Below are positions 1 through 7,696 of a stretch of 64,000 nucleotides of DNA, in pieces. The stretch lies in contig CBDAOB010000002.1 in NCBI GenBank assembly GCA_965197905.1, forward strand, positions 320,001 through 384,000, given 5' to 3'. This DNA comes from Candidatus Latescibacterota bacterium. Its GTDB lineage: Bacteria > Latescibacterota > UBA2968 > UBA8231. Each line of letters begins with the position of its first letter. The first letter of the stretch is position 1. The notes below the pieces were generated by a model. It did not search any database. It saw only the letters and a program-made list of their open reading frames with translations, and was not told where the DNA came from. Made by a program: the position numbers and the translations under genes.

Positions 1-1811
1 CTGCCGAAGTTGTCGCCCGTCCGGTAGGAAACCTTGCCGCGGAAGCGCGGATAAGGCCCGACCTCCAGCGAGAAGGCGCGCTGCGTATTGCGATAGCGCT
101 CGCCGTCCTCGGGAAAGAAGAATCGGCTGCGCTCCACCTGAAGACCAGGCCGTATACGCCCCCAGGTTTCAACCGAGAATTTGGTCGAAAAGCCGTCCTG
201 CACCCGCACCGTACCGGCCTGGTTGTGGAAGTACCACGCCTTCTGATCCAGGGCGATCTGCTCGAGACCGCGACGCTTGATCGAGTTGTGGTATCTGATC
301 CAGGTACGTCCCCCCCGCCGGTCGAGGTGAGTGTTGCGGATGAAGCCGATCTGCTGGATGTCGAAGTCAGCGGTCACGTCTTCCAGGGTTGCGTCTATAA
401 CGAGGTTGTCGCGCGCATTTAGCAGGCGGCCTGCATAGCGGAAGGCGAGGCTGCCCGCATAGCCTTCTCCAGCAGCGGCACGCTGACTGCGGTTGAGATT
501 CGCCACCAGGCGCATGGTCTGGCTGAGCTGGAGGTTCAGATCCATGCCAGCCGCCCGGTTGAGGTCGTTGCGGTTTTGCGCGACCGCATCCTTGCTCACG
601 GCCAGAAGTCCGATGGTCGAGGAGCCGAAGAGATCCTGCTTGAGACGCAGGGCGGTGAAGTTGTGCTGCGGATCGCGGCCGTCACCGGTCAGGACATCCA
701 TGAAGCCAAAAGCAAGCGAGCCTGTCTTCCCCAAAAGCTTGCCGCCGGCGAGCATCTCTTGATCGCCCAGTCCGATGCGGCGGGTATAGAGCAACCGGGT
801 GGGGGTCTGGAAGATCTCGGTGCCCTCGATAAAGAAGGGGCGCTTCTCGGGCAGGAAGAGCTCGTCGATACCCAGGTTAAATAGGAACTGGTCGGTCTCG
901 AGGGTGGCAAAGTCGGGATTGAGAGCCAGGTTCATGCGCAGAGCGCTGGTGGGACTGTAGCGCAGGTCCAACCCCAGGCCCCGCTCCCAGGTGCCGGCCC
1001 GGCGGGCCGCGTCGGGTCTCTGGTGCTGGCCAAAGACCGAGCCCTGCGTGAGGTAGGGCAGGAAGACGACGGGCTGGCGCGTCGCCAATCCCTTCAATCC
1101 GGTAAGGTGGCCGTAGCGCGATACCTTAACGGCGCTCTTGCCGTAGTTGGGCCAGATGATGCGCTCCCGGGCGGCGATAGCGCGTACCGAGCTGGCAAAA
1201 CCCCAGGTGCCGTCCTCGGTCTCGCGGAAACGCAGTTCGCGCAGAGGCAGGGCGATTTCTCCGGACCAGCCGTCTTCTAGCAAGTGGATTTCGACCTGCC
1301 AGATGCCGTCCCAGTTGATATCGATGCTGACGCCCTCGTCGCCAATACGGCCGTCGAGCCGCGTGCCGGCGGGGTTGACGATGAAGAAGTAGGCATCGCG
1401 GTGGTCGTGAAAGGTGTCGAGCGCGAAGATGAAAGCATCGTTGTCCAGGATGCGACCGTCGCGCTGGAGCACGTTGGCGATCAGGGACGAGGGGTCGCCC
1501 GAGTGAATCTCAAAGCCGACGTAAAGGGTGTGCGCATCGTAGGCCACGCGGACGGCAGCGGGAAAGCCGGGTTCGGCTCCCTGGTTGGGCTGGCTCTGGA
1601 CGAAGTCGGTGATGGGCTCTGCGAGCTGCCAGCAGAGGTCGTCCAAACGGCCGTCCAAGACCGGGGGTTCATCGATGCGCAGGGCTCTGACTGTAGGCGC
1701 CGGTTCCCCCGACCTCGCCGGTGTGGCGAGAAGAGGAAAGCCGACGAGCAAGCTCAGAAGACCGAAGTGGACAAAGGCGTTCTTTGGGCGGAACGATTCT
1801 GATCCGTTCAT
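1..1811 (-). CDS. DUF5916 / CBM9-like domain exported or outer-membrane protein; 3' end runs off the window
   Basis: Not in the ORF track because it is open to the window edge. My translation from ATG 1811 (SD AGGAGG near 1821-1826) gives a signal-like N-terminus, then PPVLDGRLDD..W, YD...LYV, FALDTFHDHRDAYFFIVNPAG, WSGEIALPLRELRF and NPDFATLETD..LFLPEKRPFF, motifs typical of this family. Confidence 0.8.
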   Translation of the reverse strand, partial: MNGSESFRPKNAFVHFGLLSLLVGFPLLATPARSGEPAPTVRALRIDEPPVLDGRLDDLCWQLAEPITDFVQSQPNQGAEPGFPAAVRVAYDAHTLYVGFEIHSGDPSSLIANVLQRDGRILDNDAFIFALDTFHDHRDAYFFIVNPAGTRLDGRIGDEGVSIDINWDGIWQVEIHLLEDGWSGEIALPLRELRFRETEDGTWGFASSVRAIAARERIIWPNYGKSAVKVSRYGHLTGLKGLATRQPVVFLPYLTQGSVFGQHQRPDAARRAGTWERGLGLDLRYSPTSALRMNLALNPDFATLETDQFLFNLGIDELFLPEKRPFFIEGTEIFQTPTRLLYTRRIGLGDQEMLAGGKLLGKTGSLAFGFMDVLTGDGRDPQHNFTALRLKQDLFGSSTIGLLAVSKDAVAQNRNDLNRAAGMDLNLQLSQTMRLVANLNRSQRAAAGEGYAGSLAFRYAGRLLNARDNLVIDATLEDVTADFDIQQIGFIRNTHLDRRGGRTWIRYHNSIKRRGLEQIALDQKAWYFHNQAGTVRVQDGFSTKFSVETWGRIRPGLQVERSRFFFPEDGERYRNTQRAFSLEVGPYPRFRGKVSYRTGDNFG

Positions 1812-1824
1812 GGTTGCCTTCCTC

Positions 1825-1953
1825 CTAGGCGCCCAGGACCGCTTTGATTGCGAAGATCAAGATGATCGGAGCTGCGATGATCAGGTTGACGAAACCGAAC
1901 GCGGCCAATTCGCGCTTCACGTCTTGTGAGTTTCTGATGATATTGGGGTTCAT
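1825..1953 (-). CDS. 42-aa single-transmembrane small protein
   Basis: ATG 1953 with GGAGG upstream; translates as MNPNIIRNSQDVKRELAAFGFVNLIIAAPIILIFAIKAVLGA*. The stop overlaps the SD of the next gene, and it lies just downstream of a sigma-54 motif. Confidence 0.6.
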   Translation of the reverse strand: MNPNIIRNSQDVKRELAAFGFVNLIIAAPIILIFAIKAVLGA

Positions 1954-2002
1954 TTTGGGCCTCCAGCGAGAAGGTTGATGTGTGTGTCTGGCATGCTCTA
2001 TC

Positions 2003-2017
2003 GCAACGGCTGTGCCA
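2003..2017 (-). promoter_or_regulatory. sigma-54 (-24/-12) promoter
   Basis: The minus strand reads TGGCAC-AGCCG-TTGC, an exact TGGCAC-N5-TTGC match, about 50 nt upstream of ATG 1953. Confidence 0.75.
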
Positions 2018-2679
2018 GAAGGAAGCCCGGGGTGAAAATTAGTTTTACTTGGAGGGGATTATGCTGTTTGAAAACAGGTACTTGGATCTATTGCGCTAGA
2101 CTGTGATGGCAAGGTGCTAGCGATCTTCTCTTGGTCCCGAAACTGACCACGAACTGGACAGCGTCATGGGAGAATAGTATGTAAGCTCAGTATATTATGA
2201 GGGTTACAAAGTCGACAATATACTTGTCAGCGGCTACAAAAAATAGTCGGCTCCTGAGCCCCGCCGTAGAGGTAAACCGGTTCATTTGAGCGCAGGGGTT
2301 CTGGTGCCGCCGACCTCTCCGGATATGACTGGAAAGCGGTACAGGATATGTCCGGTTTTCGATCTAGGCTGTTGTCAATGGAGATGGCGGAGAGAACGGA
2401 GGCTGCGAACCCGAGCAGTTACATATAATTGTAGAGCGAGCGGCCCCGTGGCACCTGATCGGCCGCGGCGATGTGCACGTGGAAGAATTCAAGAAGCCTC
2501 ATCGAGAACGCGGCGAGCTCGGAGGAGATCCGCTGTTTGGAATCCCTCGGTGGATCTGCTGTAGATTCCGTCCAGCTGAGCATTCGCTTCATCGGCGCGG
2601 AACCCGGATCCCAACATGGCCACGCGCATGGTTCCTTGGCGCAACTAAAGATAGCGGCGTTTGTTTGTCCTATACTCGC

Positions 2680-3390
2680 CTAATAACAGGAACCCATTGG
2701 AAATTTGAAAAACACCTTCTGGCCCCGTTCCAGATAAACGGGCGCATCGACCGGGTACTCCACACTGCATAAAATGCCACGCTGATGCTCTGCATGGGCC
2801 ACGAAATTTTTGGTCAGAGAGGTATCATCATATGCTTTTGCGACGGCACGTCCTGTACGGCTGCAACCCTTTTGCTGGATATATTGGATCAGCGTTGCAA
2901 CAGGGGGCGTCGACGGCGCATCGGCATCCGGGGGCGCCATAACGAAATAGGTGTTCAGGGGCACATCGGAGATCGAAAAGGGCTCACCGTCTTCGCGGCC
3001 GATCACGAGATTCGCCCCGAGCAGTTCAGGTGTTATTTCAACATCGAGATGCTGACTCAACAACGTACACTCATAGGGAGAGACGGCAAAGATCTGCCGG
3101 CGGTTTACGATGGATGCGCCGGTATTTTTATAGAGCGGAGCTTCCCGGCCTGTGGAAGGTCTCGTGAGACCCCGATGCCGGTCACTTGCGACACCGTGGC
3201 AGTCGACGGAGAGTCGGTCAACGGACTGAGTCACAGAATGCCCGCCGGGGTTACTGGATATATCCTGATTGTCATTAGGCCCGAGAACATCCATTACAAC
3301 CCCTACCTCCGGAATGTTGGCCGATTTTAGTTTTTCCAGCTTTTCAGACTGTTTGTCGATGAACTCCGACAGGCTGTCATAAAAAAGCAT
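2680..3390 (-). CDS. MOSC domain-containing protein
   Basis: HGVASDRHRGLTR, NRRQIFAVS..E, ITPELLGANLVI and a conserved Cys (GCSRTG) fit the MOSC fold. Confidence 0.7.
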   Translation of the reverse strand: MLFYDSLSEFIDKQSEKLEKLKSANIPEVGVVMDVLGPNDNQDISSNPGGHSVTQSVDRLSVDCHGVASDRHRGLTRPSTGREAPLYKNTGASIVNRRQIFAVSPYECTLLSQHLDVEITPELLGANLVIGREDGEPFSISDVPLNTYFVMAPPDADAPSTPPVATLIQYIQQKGCSRTGRAVAKAYDDTSLTKNFVAHAEHQRGILCSVEYPVDAPVYLERGQKVFFKFPMGSCY

Positions 3391-3469
3391 GATTACTCAT
3401 TTCTGTTTAAAGATTAATAACCGGCTGCTCTGGCATCAGGACTTCTGAGGTCAGCCGCGCCGAGCAAGA

Positions 3470-4360
3470 GTGTCCGCTTCACCAATGACCGAGGTTACCA
3501 ACATGCACGCCAGCGCACAGCAGTACGCCGAGCACCGCCTGCCGGTCAACGGGCTTCGCCTCCACTATACAGACTGGGGTAATTCGCATCTGCCTCCAAT
3601 GCTGCTGACCCACGGCACAGTAGCTAACGCCGCTTTCTGGGACCTCGTTGCACCTGCATTTCGCGATCGATATCACGTGGTCGCGGTGACCGCCAGGGGG
3701 CGAGGCAAAAGTGACTATGCGCTCGATGGCAGGTACGGCACGGAAGACTACCTGCAGGACTTTCGTGCGCTCACTGTCGCGTTGGGTATGGAGAAGCTCG
3801 TCTACGTGGGCCAATCTCTCGGCGGGAAAGTCGGCATGCGCTACGCTTCGACGTATACGGACCAGGTAGATCGCTTAATCCTGGTCGATGTTGGCGGCGA
3901 AGCCACCACGGCTCCGATCGGCGACCCCGTAGCCGAACGCCCTGAAGTTTTCAATACGCTTGCTGAGGCCGAGACCTGGTTGAGGACATTCGACCGCTTT
4001 TCCAGGTTAAGTCAGGACGCGATGAAAATCGTTCTGCAAACCGGTTTTCACCAACTCGTCAATGAACAGTGGGCGTCCACAATGGCCCACGACCTATTGC
4101 GCCCCCGACAGGGGGGCGCTCGTAAAGAGCGACAACCGCTGTGGGACATGTGGGACACACTGCCCCGAATCTCGTGTCCGACTCTCCTCATTCACGGCTC
4201 TTTGAGCGATGTGTTGTCCAAGGAGATGGCCGTGCGGACCCGCAACGCTATTCCCGATTGCAAACTGGTGGAAATAGAGGCGGGGCACCTTGCCCATCTA
4301 GAAAACCCGAACGAGTTCATATCGTTGGTGAGAAAATTTCTGGTCTCCAAGCGTCGATAG
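3470..4360 (+). CDS. alpha/beta fold hydrolase
   Basis: HG oxyanion motif, GQSLGG nucleophile elbow, PTLLIHGSLSD and AGHLAH. The true start may be 3485 or 3503. Confidence 0.9.
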   Translation: MSASPMTEVTNMHASAQQYAEHRLPVNGLRLHYTDWGNSHLPPMLLTHGTVANAAFWDLVAPAFRDRYHVVAVTARGRGKSDYALDGRYGTEDYLQDFRALTVALGMEKLVYVGQSLGGKVGMRYASTYTDQVDRLILVDVGGEATTAPIGDPVAERPEVFNTLAEAETWLRTFDRFSRLSQDAMKIVLQTGFHQLVNEQWASTMAHDLLRPRQGGARKERQPLWDMWDTLPRISCPTLLIHGSLSDVLSKEMAVRTRNAIPDCKLVEIEAGHLAHLENPNEFISLVRKFLVSKRR

Positions 4361-4436
4361 GTGCAATTATCTCCAAATTCGCCGGCAGCGAAAACGGCAT
4401 CTCGTCTCTCACTAGAAATTCGGCTCGCATATCAAC

Positions 4437-4472
4437 AAAAAAGCCCCCATCGACCAAGTGTCGATGAGGGCC
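4437..4472 (-). terminator. intrinsic terminator for 4507..5214
   Basis: Stem GCCCCCATCGAC / GTCGATGAGGGC with a 5-nt loop; the A-run on the plus strand gives a U-tail on the minus transcript. Confidence 0.65.
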
Positions 4473-4506
4473 TCTGTATGGTGCGTGCTCTTAGCGCATT
4501 ATTCTT

Positions 4507-5214
4507 TTACGGACCGGCCGGATAGTCGACAAAGCTAACAGTGAAGACTGCGGCCGGGATATCGGATACCAGCAACTGGATCTGGTAAATCCCCTCGGTC
4601 AGGACCAGGGCCTCAAAAGCGGCCTGGCCGTCGTCGATCGAGTGCCAGACGACATCGCCGCTGCCATCGTTGATGATCTGGAACTCGTTGACCAGCGTCT
4701 CGATATCGGCGCCGGTGACTTCGAGCATAAAGCAGCCAGCCTCGCGCCCCGCGGGGAGGCTGATGGCCTCATTGGCGGGGCCCGGCGCCACCGAAACCGA
4801 GCGGACCACCTGGTTGCCGACATTGCCGCCGCACTCGCCCTCTGCCCATTCCTCGCCTTCCGGCGGCGGCTCTCCACCCTCCGGCGGGGGTTCCCCACCC
4901 TCTTCGGGCCCCATAAATAGAATGTGGGCCCAGGACACCCAGGCGCGCAGTTCCTCTTTGCTCACGACGCCGTCGCCATTGGCATCCATCCCGTCGTGGA
5001 AGTGGTCGGCGAGCCAACCCTTGGCCTCTTCGGGATCTGCGGGCGGTTCACCGGGATCTTCGGGCCCTACGAAGTCCGGCGGCGGCATCAAGATCAGCTG
5101 CGGTGTGTCCGGCGGGGGGGGCGGGGGCGGCTCTCCACCTTCGTGGTGGTCGGCCAGCGCGGGCCCGGCGCCCAGCGCCAGGGCGCTGGCGATCAAGATG
5201 ATATTCCTCAACAT
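4507..5214 (-). CDS. secreted acidic, proline-rich protein with an EF-hand loop
   Basis: Signal peptide ending ALA; DANGDGVVSKEE EF-hand; EGGEPPP repeated three times; SD GAGGAGG. Confidence 0.75.
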   Translation of the reverse strand: MLRNIILIASALALGAGPALADHHEGGEPPPPPPPDTPQLILMPPPDFVGPEDPGEPPADPEEAKGWLADHFHDGMDANGDGVVSKEELRAWVSWAHILFMGPEEGGEPPPEGGEPPPEGEEWAEGECGGNVGNQVVRSVSVAPGPANEAISLPAGREAGCFMLEVTGADIETLVNEFQIINDGSGDVVWHSIDDGQAAFEALVLTEGIYQIQLLVSDIPAAVFTVSFVDYPAGP

Positions 5215-5326
5215 GACAAACCCTCCTCAAGGATTAATCGGCGCGATGACCTGGATCCGCTTCTTTGCGGCTTGGGGATTCGCGTCGGTTGATAATAAAA
5301 ATATCGGTGGCGCCAGACTTTATTGC

Positions 5327-5342
5327 CGTGAGGCAGATCACA
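5327..5342. promoter_or_regulatory. CRP/FNR-family box 1
   Basis: CGTGA-GGCAGA-TCACA, one mismatch from TGTGA-N6-TCACA. Confidence 0.55.
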
Positions 5343-5362
5343 CACATAAACTTTTATTTTAG

Positions 5363-5378
5363 TGTGAGATAGATCACA
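5363..5378. promoter_or_regulatory. CRP/FNR-family box 2
   Basis: TGTGA-GATAGA-TCACA, a perfect TGTGA-N6-TCACA match in an AT-rich divergent intergenic region. Confidence 0.7.
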
Positions 5379-5464
5379 TCCCAATGTGGGAAATGGTGGT
5401 TCTGGAACCCGGATAAGGCGGCGTCGCGCTGCCGCAGGAAGGCACCCTTCGAAGCAGGGCACGG

Positions 5465-5519
5465 AGCATCAACGCCTGTTTCATTGGTGCATTCCGCTTA
5501 TTAGATTCCGGTCATGGTA
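5465..5519 (+). repeat. 55-bp direct repeat, copy 1 (copy 2 at 7642-7696)
   Basis: AGCATCAACGCCTGTTTCATTGGTGCATTCCGCTTATTAGATTCCGGTCATGGTA; 47/55 identical to copy 2 by manual alignment. Confidence 0.9.
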
Positions 5520-5622
5520 TCCGATCTGACAGCTTCTCAAGACCTGGGGTGTCCGTAACGGCGCGCCGGCTGCAGGGTGATACGTTCGTAACGAAATCGC
5601 ACTCTGAATTGGAGGCATTAAA

Positions 5623-7551
5623 ATGGCTGCTTCACGTGCAAAACCGGTGAAGGTCCCTGGATTGGTCGAGGTCAAGGCAACACAGGTTTCGCCACCCCCC
5701 GGATGGGCGCTCCTGGAACACCGGTTGATGAAACTCATGGAGGAGGCGGTTCCTCCCATGGTCGACAAATATGCTGAAAAGGGCGGCGCCTTCTACTATG
5801 CTGACCATGTGGACGATATCTACGAAATGGCGTACAACTGGAGCCTGTTCTACGCCATGGGGGCAGGCAAACAGGTGCTCGATCTGGCGCTGCAGCAATG
5901 GCATGCAACCACCCGTTTCTTCGCAGACGATATCGTCAGCCGCATCCACCCGCACTTCAGAGCTCAGATCCGCAACGAATACTTTAACCTGGTTACGCCC
6001 GGTGGCAGCGAGTGGTACCACAAAGGCGAGGCCAACATGGCGTTCTACCATTTTGGGCTGGCCGATCCCACGATCTCGGAAAACGTGCGTCGCGCGAGGC
6101 GATTTGCGGCCCTGTACATGGACGAGGATCCCGATGCCCCCAATTACGATCCTCAGCACAACATCTTCCGCTCCCCTGTACAGTCGAGCGTCGGTCCCCT
6201 GCGCCACGCAAATCTCGAACATACCCTCGGGTGGCTTCACGGTGGAGGGAATAATCACTACTACGGTGTGCGGGCGACGCTCTATCCGCTGGTCAAGGAC
6301 CTGGAGCCGGAATGGCACGAGGAGCCTGAGCGCCGCGATCAGATCCTGAAGCTGTTCGACGAAGTCGTCCTCAAGGGGGACATTCCCAATAGCCTGGGCG
6401 CCACCGCCCTCATTACCAACGCCTACCTCTACACCGGCGAGGACAAATACAAGCAGTGGGTCCTGAACTACACCGAAGGCTGGTTGGAGCGCATGCAACG
6501 CAACGGCGGCATCATGCCCGACAACGTCGGACCCACCGGCCAGATCGGCGAAAACCGTCAGGGCCAGTGGTGGGGCGGGCTCTACGGCTGGAACAGCTTT
6601 GTCGGCAACTACATCATGTTCTGCTCGCTCACTATTGCCGCCGAATGCGCCCTCCTGCTTTCCGGCGACTTCGGCTATCTGGAATTGCTGCGCTCGCAGA
6701 TCAGGCTCCTGATGGACAACGCCATCACCCGCGAAGACGGCCAACTCCTGCTGCCGGCCCGTTATGGCCCGGATGGCTGGGAGTACGCTATGGAGAATCT
6801 CGATCGTGAGAAGGGCAGGTTCGTGCCGTTCCGCATGCAGGAGCTGGCCCACCTTTACCATGCCTCCTTGGCGGCCGAAGATTACGATCTCATCACCAGA
6901 ATACGCGAGACCGACAAAGAGCGCGATTGGAATCACGTGCCGGTCCTCGGAGAAAAGAGCTACGGCGACACCGAACTGGCCCGCTTCCAGTACTATGACG
7001 GCAAGAACCCCGACTGGCCCGAGAAGATCCTGCGGGCGGAGTACCACAATGCCCAGACTGCCTTCGAGTCGATACAAAACGAAACCCGCGATGCCCACAC
7101 CCTGATCGCGGACAACGACGGTCCCCCCGCTCCGGTTTACACCAAGGGTTTGACGCAGGTGATGATGGGCGCACCGCAATCTGTGTACACGGGCGGGCTC
7201 TTGCGCGCGACCGTGCGCTACTTCGATTCAGACCGCACTCGGCCCGGCCTGCCTCCCGACGTAGTCGCTCTGGTCGACAAAGTGGAAGCCGAGGGTGCGG
7301 GTGTGCATTTGGTCAACCTGAATGCCGGTGAGACGCGAAACCTGATCGTGCAAGCCGGGGCCTTTGCCGAGCACCAGTTTGTCGACCTGACGTATGAAGA
7401 TCAGACCGTCCCCGTGGAGTCGAAGTACTTCGCGGTTCAACTGCCACCCGCTGCATCCATCCGGCTGGATGTGGGCATGCGCCGCTTTGCCCACCGTCCC
7501 ACCTATGCTTTTCCCTGGCACGGAGACAAGATTCCAGTGCCGTACCAGTAG
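5623..7551 (+). CDS. conserved hypothetical protein, probably an alpha/alpha-toroid enzyme
   Basis: 642 aa with SD GGAGG and coding-like composition; W/Y/G-rich motifs (DDIYEM..NW, GIMPDNVGPTG, WWGGLYGW). Function not assignable. Confidence 0.75.
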   Translation: MAASRAKPVKVPGLVEVKATQVSPPPGWALLEHRLMKLMEEAVPPMVDKYAEKGGAFYYADHVDDIYEMAYNWSLFYAMGAGKQVLDLALQQWHATTRFFADDIVSRIHPHFRAQIRNEYFNLVTPGGSEWYHKGEANMAFYHFGLADPTISENVRRARRFAALYMDEDPDAPNYDPQHNIFRSPVQSSVGPLRHANLEHTLGWLHGGGNNHYYGVRATLYPLVKDLEPEWHEEPERRDQILKLFDEVVLKGDIPNSLGATALITNAYLYTGEDKYKQWVLNYTEGWLERMQRNGGIMPDNVGPTGQIGENRQGQWWGGLYGWNSFVGNYIMFCSLTIAAECALLLSGDFGYLELLRSQIRLLMDNAITREDGQLLLPARYGPDGWEYAMENLDREKGRFVPFRMQELAHLYHASLAAEDYDLITRIRETDKERDWNHVPVLGEKSYGDTELARFQYYDGKNPDWPEKILRAEYHNAQTAFESIQNETRDAHTLIADNDGPPAPVYTKGLTQVMMGAPQSVYTGGLLRATVRYFDSDRTRPGLPPDVVALVDKVEAEGAGVHLVNLNAGETRNLIVQAGAFAEHQFVDLTYEDQTVPVESKYFAVQLPPAASIRLDVGMRRFAHRPTYAFPWHGDKIPVPYQ

Positions 7552-7641
7552 TGTGCCTATATAGCCCTCGTCTTGAACGCAGTGCTGCAGGTTCATCACA
7601 AGGGTAGATAAGAGATTCTTGGAGATGTGACCGACGTCCAT

Positions 7642-7696
7642 AGCATCAACACCTGTTCCTTTGGTTCATTCCGCTTATTAGATTCAAACCATGGTA
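7642..7696 (+). repeat. 55-bp direct repeat, copy 2, including the lhr start codon
   Basis: AGCATCAACACCTGTTCCTTTGGTTCATTCCGCTTATTAGATTCAAACCATGGTA; its ATG is position 7691. Confidence 0.9.

Noticed and set aside
1989..2004. Second, plus-strand sigma-54-like motif TGGCAT..TCGC
   Set aside because: The GG-GC spacing is one base too long and no clear downstream gene exists.
2272..2680. AACCGGTT palindrome (also near 29939) and short ORFs 2286-2772
   Set aside because: An 8-bp palindrome is too short to call an operator, and the ORFs have no recognisable motifs; at most a decayed remnant.
5632..7179. 515-aa minus-strand ORF and many similar long overlapping ORFs
   Set aside because: Antisense shadows of real GC-rich genes, with no motifs or SD.
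7655..7668. GTTC..GTTC as a LexA box upstream of lhr
   Set aside because: The spacing is 5 nt rather than the 7 nt of the alphaproteobacterial box, and the motif is not kept in the other repeat copy.
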